DNA of 12,287 bases from Halalkalibacterium halodurans (GCF_004376175.1 NZ_SNUY01000010.1:1-12287); one strand, 5' to 3'; shown: positions 1-7,479, numbered from the stretch's first letter. Numbers and translations: made by a program. The notes: generated by a model not told the origin, from the letters alone.

Positions 1-158
1 CGCCCTTGATTGACCTCTGAATAAACCATTGGCGTGTTTGTCAAGAGCGATAGCGCGGCCTTTCCACCTAATAAATGGTAGTAGTGTTAGATCCAAATAA
101 GGTTTTCATAGAAGTTTTGACACTACCCCTAGATAAAATAAAGGCTTACATACGGGTC

Positions 159-167
159 ATTATAGCA
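159..167 (-). promoter_or_regulatory. Candidate extended -10 promoter (TGCTATAAT) firing leftward out of the window
   Basis: The reverse complement of nt 159-167 reads TGCTATAAT, a perfect TGnTATAAT extended -10. The -35 position (GTCCTT at 17-nt spacing) is poor, which extended -10 promoters tolerate. No gene is visible downstream within the window, so the target is unknown. Confidence 0.35.
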
Positions 168-421
168 AAAATCAAACCCATAAGGACAACTTTCAGCCTC
201 AAGCCCTTTCGTCTAGACCGTGGTGGTCGGGAAGTCGACATATATCCCCAGACGCGCCATAAACCTAATAAATAAGAACACCGGTCACCTAAACAAAAAA
301 TGGAGCAACTTGTGCAAAAGCTTCCTTTTGGGAGTTGATTTTTAAATCTCTCGCTTCTTATTTTCTTTCTGCCTTTTTTTATTGTAAAATAAGGCGACGA
401 CTGTTAAGGAGGAATTTATGT

Positions 422-859
422 ATGAAAAAAGGTAGCATTACATTTGAAAATGGCGAAAAAATCGTCATTGAATTTTACCCAGAAGCAGCACCAGGTACGG
501 TTGAAAATTTCGAAAAACTAGCGAAAGAAGGCTTTTACGACGGTCTAACGTTCCATCGGGTGATCCCAAGTTTCGTTGCTCAGGGCGGATGTCCAATCGG
601 AAACGGAACAGGTGGTCCAGGCTATACAATAAAATGTGAAACCGAAGGAAACCCTCATAAGCATGTAGCCGGTGCATTATCTATGGCTCATGCTGGGAAA
701 GATACAGGCGGTAGCCAATTCTTCATCGTTCACGAGCCTCAGCCGCATTTAGACGGTGTACATACGGTTTTCGGTCAAGTGATTGAAGGAATGGATACGG
801 TTCTCCGTATTCGCCAAGGCGATGTCATGCAAGAAGTGAAAGTCTGGGACGAAGAGTAA
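422..859 (+). CDS. ppiB: Cyclophilin-type peptidyl-prolyl cis-trans isomerase, 145 aa
   Basis: The translation [56 protein letters not shown]...GGSQFFIV...HTVFGQV carries the cyclophilin signature blocks and closely resembles Bacillus PpiB as I remember it. I chose ATG 422 over the track's 335 because AAGGAGG at 406-412 sits 9 nt upstream. The 29-aa extension from 335 is basic and hydrophobic junk with no RBS. Confidence 0.9.
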   Translation: MKKGSITFENGEKIVIEFYPEAAPGTVENFEKLAKEGFYDGLTFHRVIPSFVAQGGCPIGNGTGGPGYTIKCETEGNPHKHVAGALSMAHAGKDTGGSQFFIVHEPQPHLDGVHTVFGQVIEGMDTVLRIRQGDVMQEVKVWDEE

Positions 860-876
860 AGGAAACACGAGTAAAA

Positions 877-906
877 GCACTCCAACACGGGGGTGCTTTT
901 GTTGTT
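877..906 (+). terminator. Rho-independent terminator after ppiB
   Basis: GCACTCC (877-883) pairs with GGGGTGC (890-896), including one G-U, around a 6-nt loop. It is followed by TTTTGTTGTTT. The upstream AAAA can extend the stem. Confidence 0.6.
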
Positions 907-1068
907 TCTAAATACTAAATGATAAAAATATAGATGGTCTATTTAACAGGATTCAAGTTTTACTCCTTTTATTAACTCCTGAAGGAGCAAAAACACCTCA
1001 TTACAAAAAAATGGTCATACCACTGCACTGAATAAAATATCCCACATAAAAAAACATATATACAACAA

Positions 1069-1110
1069 AAACAAAATATGATATAGTTTAAACAAAAATG
1101 AAACAAAAAT
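1069..1110 (+). repeat. Three phased A-rich direct repeats (AAACAAAA(A)T) just upstream of the rhaEW RBS; candidate operator
   Basis: The copies are AAACAAAAT at 1069-1077, AAACAAAAAT at 1090-1099 and AAACAAAAAT at 1101-1110. Start-to-start spacings are 21 and 11 nt, about two and one helical turns. The last copy ends 4 nt before the GGAGG at 1115-1119. The sequence is low complexity, so chance cannot be excluded. Confidence 0.3.
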
Positions 1111-1124
1111 AAGCGGAGGTATTT

Positions 1125-3194
1125 ATGGTACAAAATGCATGGGATGTAGAAAAAGCTGCTACTCTTTCTACAGGACTTGATGAATTAGTATATCGGTCGA
1201 ATTTAATCGGCTCAGACCGTGCCGTTTGTAACTGGGGCGGTGGTAATACATCGATGAAAACAGTAGAAAAAGATTTTCGTGGCCGTGAAATCGCAGTCAT
1301 GTGGGTGAAAGGAAGTGGTTCTGATCTTGCAACCATGGGCGCGAAGAATTTCACAGGTTTAAACTTGGAAGATATTCGTCCGTTAATCGAGCGCGAGGAA
1401 ATGTCAGATGAAGAAATGGTTGAATACTTAGGTCATTGTATGATCGATCGAAATCATCCGCGTCCATCAATTGAAACGTTGCTTCATGCGTTTTTACCCT
1501 TTAAGCATGTAGACCACACACATCCCGATGCGATCATTAGCATTTGTTGTGCTGATAATGGTAAGGAAATCGCAAAGAATCTTTTTGGTGATCGATTCGT
1601 TTGGGTCCCATACGTTAGACCTGGGTTTTCTTTATCAAAATTGATAGCTGAGGGCGTACAAAAAAATCCTCATGCTGAGCTAGTATTAATGGAAAAACAC
1701 GGGCTCGTCGTTTGGGGGGAGACAGCGAAGGAAAGTTATGACCGAACGATATCAGTCATCAATGAAGCGGAAGCGTACATTCGTTCACGGATTAATGAAA
1801 GCGTTATTTTCGGAGGGGGGAAATATACAGCATTAGCAAAAGAAGAGCGTATGAGCATGCTCGCTAATGTGATGCCGGTCATCCGCGGTGCTGTAAGCGA
1901 TGAAAAGAAAATGATTGTCACGTTTGACGACGGTGACGATGTATTAGAGTTCGTGAATAGTGTAGATGCAGCTCGACTTTCACAGGTAGGGGCGGCTTGC
2001 CCAGATCATTTGGTGCATACGAAGATGAAGCCACTGTTCGTTAAGTGGGACCCGTCTATGAACGACATCAATCAGTTAATCGATGCCATTAAGGATGGAA
2101 TTTCCTCATTTAAAGAGGAGTACAAATCGTATTTTGAACGGAACAAAAACGAAGGCGATGTGATGTTTGAGCCTGCGCCGCGCGTAATTCTCATTCCAGG
2201 AATCGGAATGGTGAACACAGGGAAAAACGTCACGATGGCTCGCGTGAGTGGCGCTCTTTATCATCGAGCAATCGCGGTGATGAAGGGAGCAACTGCTCTT
2301 GGAACGTTTGTCTCTCTGAATGAAAACGAATCGTACAATATTGAGTATTGGCCACTTGAACTTTACAAACTATCATTAGCCCCGGCTGAGGCTGAGTTTT
2401 CGAGAAAGGTAGCGTTCGTCACTGGTGGAGCTGGTGGAATTGGTAGCGAGACGTGCCGTCAGTTCGTCGCTGAAGGAGCCCATGTCGTTGTTGCTGACCT
2501 TAATCTTGAAGGAGCGGAGAAGGTCGTTAGCGAAATAAATGAGCAGTACGGTACGGACCGGGCGCTTGCGGTAAAAATGGATGTGACGTGCGAGGAGCAA
2601 GTACAAGCTGCATTTAAACAGGCTACCTTAACGTATGGAGGCATTGATATTGTTGTCAACAATGCAGGTTTGGCAACGTCTAGTCCGTTTGATGAAACCA
2701 CTCTTGACGAATGGAACTTGAACTTGAACGTACTAGGAACAGGCTATTTCCTCGTCGCCCGTGAAGCGTTTAAGCAAATGAAAGTGCAAGGAACGGGTGG
2801 AAATATGGTGTTTATTGGTTCAAAAAATTCTGTTTATGCAGGAAAAAATGCAACGGCGTATAGTTCGGCGAAAGCACTTGAAACTCATTTGGCGAGATGC
2901 ATTGCAGCAGAGGGTGGCCCGTTTGGGATCCGTGTCAATTCTGTCCTCCCGGATGCTGTACTACAAGGATCTGCTATATGGGGATCCAGATGGCGACAAG
3001 AACGTGCGACTGCATACGGAATTGAACCAGATCAACTGGAGGAGCACTACCGTAAACGAACGACCTTGCTCGTCAATGTTTACCCGGAAGATATTGCTGC
3101 AGCAATTTTATTCTTTGCTTCGTCAAAAGCGGAGAAAACGACCGGGTGCATGTTGACGGTTGATGGCGGTGTTCCTGCTGCATTCACGCGATAA
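1125..3194 (+). CDS. rhaEW: Bifunctional L-rhamnulose-1-phosphate aldolase / short-chain dehydrogenase (lactaldehyde dehydrogenase), 689 aa
   Basis: The N-terminal ~400 aa look like a class II aldolase/adducin-type domain. The C-terminal ~250 aa form an SDR with Rossmann motif TGGAGGIG (residues 433-440, nt 2421-2444), NNAG, and catalytic Y579-x3-K583 (YSSAK). Length and fusion architecture match B. subtilis YuxG/RhaEW. GGAGG at 1115-1119 precedes the ATG. The gene sits directly upstream of rhaB and rhaA. Confidence 0.92.
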   Translation: MVQNAWDVEKAATLSTGLDELVYRSNLIGSDRAVCNWGGGNTSMKTVEKDFRGREIAVMWVKGSGSDLATMGAKNFTGLNLEDIRPLIEREEMSDEEMVEYLGHCMIDRNHPRPSIETLLHAFLPFKHVDHTHPDAIISICCADNGKEIAKNLFGDRFVWVPYVRPGFSLSKLIAEGVQKNPHAELVLMEKHGLVVWGETAKESYDRTISVINEAEAYIRSRINESVIFGGGKYTALAKEERMSMLANVMPVIRGAVSDEKKMIVTFDDGDDVLEFVNSVDAARLSQVGAACPDHLVHTKMKPLFVKWDPSMNDINQLIDAIKDGISSFKEEYKSYFERNKNEGDVMFEPAPRVILIPGIGMVNTGKNVTMARVSGALYHRAIAVMKGATALGTFVSLNENESYNIEYWPLELYKLSLAPAEAEFSRKVAFVTGGAGGIGSETCRQFVAEGAHVVVADLNLEGAEKVVSEINEQYGTDRALAVKMDVTCEEQVQAAFKQATLTYGGIDIVVNNAGLATSSPFDETTLDEWNLNLNVLGTGYFLVAREAFKQMKVQGTGGNMVFIGSKNSVYAGKNATAYSSAKALETHLARCIAAEGGPFGIRVNSVLPDAVLQGSAIWGSRWRQERATAYGIEPDQLEEHYRKRTTLLVNVYPEDIAAAILFFASSKAEKTTGCMLTVDGGVPAAFTR

Positions 3195-3291
3195 CTATAC
3201 GGAGGTTGCCCCCGTCCCAGGTGAATGATCCATGGGTGGGCTGCTTCAGAGACAAATAAGAAAGCACTTATGAAATAGGAGGTGCTGTAAA

Positions 3292-4695
3292 ATGAACTAT
3301 TCGTTGGCTGTCGACATTGGCGCTTCTAGTGGAAGGCTAATCATTGGAGAGTGTAACAAAAAAATCCACTTAACCGAAATTCATCGTTTTGAAAACCAAA
3401 TCATTGAGAAAAACGGACAGTTTTGTTGGGACGTGGACGCTCTATTTTCAGAGATTAAAACAGGACTCAAAAAGTGTCGCGAGGCTGGGATTGAGCCTGT
3501 ATCGATGGGAATCGATACATGGGCTGTCGATTTTGTCCTCCTTGATGAGCACGACAAGCCGTTAACCGACGCCGTTTCCTACCGAGATCCTCGCACTGAT
3601 GGCGTGATGGAAGAGGTTATCGAGCAGTTTATGAAGGAGCGTTTATACTTAGAAACGGGAATTCAATTTCAACAGTTCAATACGATTTATCAGCTGTATG
3701 CTTTAAAGAAACAACATCCAGACATTTTTAAAAAAGCAAAGTCGTTTTTAATGATTCCTGATTATTTTCACTTTTTGCTTACAGGAAAAAAAGCGAATGA
3801 ATATACAAATGCGACGACGACTCAGCTCGTTAATGCGTTTACAAAAAAATGGGACAAAGACATTATCGAAGCGTTAGGGTTCAACCCCGATATGTTCCAA
3901 GAAATCAAATTGCCAACAGAATCCCTTGGAAAGTTGAAAAGTGAATGGGTAGAAGAGGTTGGTTTTGACCTTGAGGTGATCTTGCCAGCTACTCATGATA
4001 CGGGGTCAGCTGTTGTTGCCGTTCCGAAAGTGGCGGACACCATTTATCTTAGCTCGGGAACGTGGTCACTCATTGGAGTAGAGAATTCGTTTCCAATTTG
4101 TGTAACAAAAGCGTTAGATTATAATTTCACAAATGAAGGTGGAATGAACTACCAGTTCCGTTTTCTAAAAAACATTATGGGTCTTTGGATGATTCAAGAG
4201 GTGAGGCGGAACTACGACAACCGTTACTCATTTGCTCAATTAGTTGAGCTTTCTAAAGGGATTTCGTTTAAATCTACTGTTGATGTAAATGATCCTCGAT
4301 TCTTAAAGCCTACCAACATGATCAAAGAAATTCAACGCTATTGTCAAGAAACCGGTCAACAAGCTCCGGAGCACCCCGGTGAAGTAGCAAAGTGCGTGTT
4401 TGAAAGCCTCGCAGAAAGCTATACGAGCGCAGTCGCTGAAATCGAAGACATTTTTGAAAAAGATTTTAAATCTATCAACGTCATCGGTGGTGGTTGTCGT
4501 AATGAATTACTTAACCAGCTCATTGCTGATCGAACGAAAAAAGATGTATTTGCAGGCCCGATTGAGGCAACGGCCATTGGAAATCTCGTAGCCCAGTGGA
4601 TGGCGCTAGGCGAAATCGAATCGATACAGCAGGCGCGAAAGCTGATTTATGACTCTTTCGACGTGAAACGGTACGTTTCGGCAGATAGGGAATAG
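3292..4695 (+). CDS. rhaB: Rhamnulokinase (FGGY carbohydrate kinase family), 467 aa
   Basis: Matching blocks include AVDIGASSGR, IHRFEN, GIDTWAVDFVLLD, YRDPRT, GIQFQQFNTIYQL, EYTNATTTQLVN, LSSGTWSL, TNEGG, LKNIMGLW and VIGGGCRNELLNQL. These align block for block with E. coli RhaB as I remember it. AGGAGG at 3277-3282 lies 9 nt before the ATG. Confidence 0.95.
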   Translation: MNYSLAVDIGASSGRLIIGECNKKIHLTEIHRFENQIIEKNGQFCWDVDALFSEIKTGLKKCREAGIEPVSMGIDTWAVDFVLLDEHDKPLTDAVSYRDPRTDGVMEEVIEQFMKERLYLETGIQFQQFNTIYQLYALKKQHPDIFKKAKSFLMIPDYFHFLLTGKKANEYTNATTTQLVNAFTKKWDKDIIEALGFNPDMFQEIKLPTESLGKLKSEWVEEVGFDLEVILPATHDTGSAVVAVPKVADTIYLSSGTWSLIGVENSFPICVTKALDYNFTNEGGMNYQFRFLKNIMGLWMIQEVRRNYDNRYSFAQLVELSKGISFKSTVDVNDPRFLKPTNMIKEIQRYCQETGQQAPEHPGEVAKCVFESLAESYTSAVAEIEDIFEKDFKSINVIGGGCRNELLNQLIADRTKKDVFAGPIEATAIGNLVAQWMALGEIESIQQARKLIYDSFDVKRYVSADRE

Positions 4696-4723
4696 GTAAA
4701 CATACGTAACAAGGAGGCTTAGG

Positions 4724-5980
4724 ATGAGCGTGAAAAGTCAATTTGAGCGAGCGAAAATAGAATATGGACAATGGGGCATTGACGTAGAGGAAGCACTTGA
4801 GCGGTTGAAGCAAGTTCCAATCTCGATCCATTGCTGGCAAGGAGACGATGTAGGCGGCTTCGAAGTGAGCAAAGGCGAGTTGTCTGGCGGGATTGATGTG
4901 ACGGGAGATTATCCTGGGAAAGCGACCACCCCTGAAGAGTTACGGATGGATTTAGAAAAAGCGCTGTCGCTGATCCCGGGAAAGCATCGCGTTAATTTGC
5001 ATGCGATTTATGCAGAAACGGACGGTAAAGTGGTGGAGCGGGATCAACTCGAACCGAGGCATTTTGAAAAGTGGGTCCGTTGGGCGAAAAGGCATGGGCT
5101 AGGGCTAGATTTTAACCCGACGTTGTTTTCTCATGAAAAAGCGAAAGACGGACTGACCCTTGCTCACCCAGACCAAGCGATCCGTCAGTTTTGGATCGAC
5201 CATTGTATCGCTAGTCGAAAGATTGGTGAGTATTTTGGGAAAGAGCTCGAGACCCCGTGTTTAACGAACATTTGGATTCCTGATGGTTACAAAGATACAC
5301 CGAGTGATCGCTTAACCCCTCGAAAACGATTAAAGGAATCGCTGGATCAAATTTTTGCTGCTGAGATCAATGAAGCGTACAATCTTGATGCGGTGGAAAG
5401 CAAGCTGTTTGGCATCGGCTCTGAATCATATGTCGTCGGCTCCCACGAGTTTTATTTAAGCTATGCCTTGAAAAATGATAAGCTCTGCTTACTCGATACA
5501 GGCCATTACCACCCGACTGAAACGGTCTCTAATAAAATTTCCGCGATGCTCCTTTTTCATGATAAGCTCGCTTTACACGTCTCCCGACCGGTTCGCTGGG
5601 ATAGCGATCACGTCGTCACGTTTGATGATGAGCTGAGGGAAATTGCCTTGGAAATTGTGCGAAACGATGCTCTTGATCGCGTCCTGATCGGATTGGATTT
5701 CTTTGATGCGAGCATTAATCGAATCGCGGCGTGGACGATTGGAACGCGCAATGTGATTAAAGCATTGTTGTTCGCTATGCTCATCCCGCACAAACAGTTA
5801 AAAGAGTGGCAGGAGACAGGAGATTATACGAGACGGTTGGCAGTGCTAGAAGAATTTAAAACGTATCCGCTGGGCGCGATATGGAATGAATATTGCGAAA
5901 GGATGAATGTGCCCATTAAAGAGGAGTGGCTCAAGGAGATTGCGATTTATGAGAAAGAAGTGCTGCTCCAGCGCCATTAG
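4724..5980 (+). CDS. rhaA: L-rhamnose isomerase, 418 aa
   Basis: Matching blocks include [94 protein letters not shown] and GTRN. They match E. coli RhaA (419 aa) almost motif for motif. AAGGAGG lies upstream of the ATG. Confidence 0.96.
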   Translation: MSVKSQFERAKIEYGQWGIDVEEALERLKQVPISIHCWQGDDVGGFEVSKGELSGGIDVTGDYPGKATTPEELRMDLEKALSLIPGKHRVNLHAIYAETDGKVVERDQLEPRHFEKWVRWAKRHGLGLDFNPTLFSHEKAKDGLTLAHPDQAIRQFWIDHCIASRKIGEYFGKELETPCLTNIWIPDGYKDTPSDRLTPRKRLKESLDQIFAAEINEAYNLDAVESKLFGIGSESYVVGSHEFYLSYALKNDKLCLLDTGHYHPTETVSNKISAMLLFHDKLALHVSRPVRWDSDHVVTFDDELREIALEIVRNDALDRVLIGLDFFDASINRIAAWTIGTRNVIKALLFAMLIPHKQLKEWQETGDYTRRLAVLEEFKTYPLGAIWNEYCERMNVPIKEEWLKEIAIYEKEVLLQRH

Positions 5981-5982
5981 GA

Positions 5983-6008
5983 GTGCAGTCAATCGTGGCT
6001 GCATTTTT
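5983..6008 (+). terminator. Weak stem-loop plus short T-run between rhaA and the regulator gene (possible partial terminator)
   Basis: GTGCAGTC (5983-5990) pairs with GGCTGCAT (5997-6004) as 8 bp including two G-U pairs, around a 6-nt loop. TTTT follows. This is marginal as an intrinsic terminator. Confidence 0.3.
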
Positions 6009-6074
6009 CCCATTCATCGGCTAAAATGTTGAACAGAGCTAGTAAATTGACATGTCCACGGAGGGAAAGAAACG

Positions 6075-6830
6075 ATGCTTGTAGCCGAAAGGCATGAAAA
6101 AATCATTGCGCTCGTCACTGAAAAAGGGAGCGTTCGTGTATCGGAATTAAGTCAATTGTTTAACGTAACTGAGGAGACCATTCGCCGTGATTTAGAAAAG
6201 CTTGAAAGCGAACGGAAGCTGCAACGAAGCCATGGCGGAGCAGTTAGCATAAAGGAAGACACAGAGGCCCCATATTTTGAACGGGAAATCCGAAATGTAA
6301 ATGAAAAGCAAGCCGTCGCAGCTCAAGCGGTCACATATGTGACCACGAACGATCGAATCATTTTAGATGCGAGCACAACCGCTTGGTATATGGCGAAACG
6401 GTTGCCAGATGTACCGTTAACGGTTTTAACGAACTCGATGAAAGTGGCGATGGAGCTAGCCAAACGAGAAAAAATAACGGTGATTACGGTAGGAGGCACC
6501 TTACTACGAAAATCGTTATCTTTTGTTGGCCCCCAAACGAATCAAACGCTTGAACTGTATCATGTGAACAAAGCGTTCATCTCTTGCCAAGGAGTGCATG
6601 CCAAGCGGGGGATAAGCGACTCCAACGAAATGCAGGCACTCGTGAAACAGAAAATGATCGATATTTCCGATCACGTGTTTTTGCTCGCCGATCATACGAA
6701 ATTTGGAAAGCAAGCCTTTTCGCGAATTACGTCGATGGAAACGATTGATACGATCATTACAGATTCAAAAACTAGTGAGGAACAAATCAGTGACTTTCAA
6801 GAGTTAGAAATGGACGTGATTCGTGCTTAG
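6075..6830 (+). CDS. rhaR: DeoR-family transcriptional regulator (N-terminal wHTH, C-terminal DeoR-C sugar-phosphate sensor domain), 251 aa; probable rhamnose-operon repressor
   Basis: The N-terminus RHEKIIALV...VRVSELSQLFNVTEETIRRDLEKLE is a typical DeoR HTH. The C-terminal ILDASTT...TNS...GG...AF.S..G...D.. pattern is typical of DeoR-C. GGAGGG at 6060-6065 lies 9 nt before the ATG. The symbol is assigned by context only, because B. subtilis RhaR/YulB is a DeoR-type regulator of the rha operon. Confidence 0.8.
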   Translation: MLVAERHEKIIALVTEKGSVRVSELSQLFNVTEETIRRDLEKLESERKLQRSHGGAVSIKEDTEAPYFEREIRNVNEKQAVAAQAVTYVTTNDRIILDASTTAWYMAKRLPDVPLTVLTNSMKVAMELAKREKITVITVGGTLLRKSLSFVGPQTNQTLELYHVNKAFISCQGVHAKRGISDSNEMQALVKQKMIDISDHVFLLADHTKFGKQAFSRITSMETIDTIITDSKTSEEQISDFQELEMDVIRA

Positions 6831-6883
6831 TTCGTTGGTGATTGAGTGCTAAACCAATTAAGCGCTGTGCAATGAAGGTGAAC

Positions 6884-6913
6884 AGCAAGAAAGTTAAAAT
6901 CCTTGCTTTTTTA
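6884..6913 (+). terminator. Rho-independent terminator ending the rha cluster
   Basis: AGCAAG (6884-6889) pairs with CTTGCT (6902-6907) around a 12-nt loop, followed by TTTTTATTTT. Confidence 0.5.
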
Positions 6914-7005
6914 TTTTGCTGGTGATACGATCGAGTCAGCTAAATCCCCCGTTTTATGACGTGGCAGGATGTTGGCAGGTTTTCGATTATATCGAGAACG
7001 ATAGG

Positions 7006-7037
7006 TTGATCGGATTCCAGTAGGAAAATTGAATAAT
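7006..7037 (+). promoter_or_regulatory. Candidate sigma-A promoter of the rib operon
   Basis: TTGATC (7006-7011) is a reasonable -35. At 17 nt the -10 would be TTGAAT (7029-7034). A better hexamer, AATAAT (7032-7037), is spaced too far away. The placement fits a transcript starting just before the aptamer at 7046, but hexamer quality is mediocre. Confidence 0.3.
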
Positions 7038-7045
7038 TAATTTTT

Positions 7046-7187
7046 ATCCTTCGGGGCTGGGTGGAAATCCCGACCGGCGGTGATGAAGCGAATGCTTCTT
7101 AGTCCGTGACCCGGTTGCTGATATCAGTAAGCGGTGGACCTGGTGAAAATCCGGGACCGACAGTGAAAGTCTGGATGGGAGAAGGAA
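7046..7187 (+). promoter_or_regulatory. FMN riboswitch (RFN element) aptamer
   Basis: The sequence contains the near-invariant RFN blocks CTTCGGGGCTGGGTGGAAATCCCGACCGGCGGT ... AGTCCGTGACCCG ... GCGGTGGACC ... CCGGGACCGACAGTGAAAGTCTGGATGGGAGAAGGA. P1 closes with TCCTTC (7047-7052) paired to GAAGGA (7181-7186). It lies directly upstream of ribD. Confidence 0.94.
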
Positions 7188-7339
7188 ACGTACGGTTCAA
7201 TTTGGAAAAATGTGCATGATTGCACATCTTCTTTCTCGTGGGCAAAAAACCTACGTATACACAAGGGAGAAGTCTGTCCAAATGGAACCACTGCTTGTCG
7301 CATGACAACGTGCGAACGCATTTTCGTATGTCAAAGTAT

Positions 7340-7372
7340 GCCCCGTGAGAACAAAATCTCTGGGGCTTTTTT
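7340..7372 (+). terminator. Riboswitch-controlled attenuator terminator in the rib leader
   Basis: GCCCCGTGAGA (7340-7350) pairs with TCTCTGGGGC (7357-7366), with one bulge and a G-U, around a 6-nt loop, then TTTTTT (7367-7372). The 5' arm GCCCCG is complementary to CGGGGC in the aptamer's 5' P1 region (7052-7057). That is the classic RFN antiterminator logic. Confidence 0.75.
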
Positions 7373-7479
7373 GCGCTTTCCAAAGAATGACACTCGCTTT
7401 TCGAATCATTATATAAAAAAAGGGAGACGCAAGAGAACGAAAGAAAGTTTTTCTAATCGGGTAAAGGTGGTAACATGTG

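Noticed and set aside
53-70. T-box-like GGTGG...CCGCG segment on the - strand
   Set aside because: The conserved T-box core is GGTGGTACCGCG. Here five extra nt interrupt it (GGTGGAAAGGCCGCG). It lies only ~85 nt from the putative TSS, with no Stem I/specifier features and no following terminator visible.
75-275. 66-aa + strand ORF at the left edge
   Set aside because: It has no Shine-Dalgarno; the sequence upstream is CCACCTAATAA. The composition is implausible, with no recognisable motif. It overlaps the region better explained as non-coding leader or spacer.
335-421. 29-aa N-terminal extension of ppiB from the track's ATG 335
   Set aside because: The extension ([29 protein letters not shown]) is not cyclophilin-like. 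The strong AAGGAGG at 406-412 serves ATG 422, which gives the conserved N-terminus.
860-1124. Search for a CcpA cre site and a clean sigma-A promoter upstream of rhaEW
   Set aside because: I found no TGnAAnCGnTnnCA-like element. The -10-like hexamers (TAAAAT 1033-1038, TATGAT 1077-1082) lack acceptable -35 partners. Too ambiguous to annotate.
6872-6925. 17-codon ORF MKVNSKKVKILAFLFCW (cationic head, hydrophobic tail) downstream of the regulator gene
   Set aside because: It has no RBS and coincides with the terminator hairpin and T-run, which explains the hydrophobic codons. There is no antitoxin or antisense-RNA context.
6962-6977. Sigma-54-like -24/-12 element TGGCAG-N5-TGGCA (also a TGGCAGG direct repeat at 11-nt spacing)
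   Set aside because: The GG-N10-GC spacing is satisfied, but there are two mismatches to TGGCAC-N5-TTGCW. There is no enhancer-binding-protein gene nearby. It would read into a housekeeping riboswitch leader. Most likely chance.
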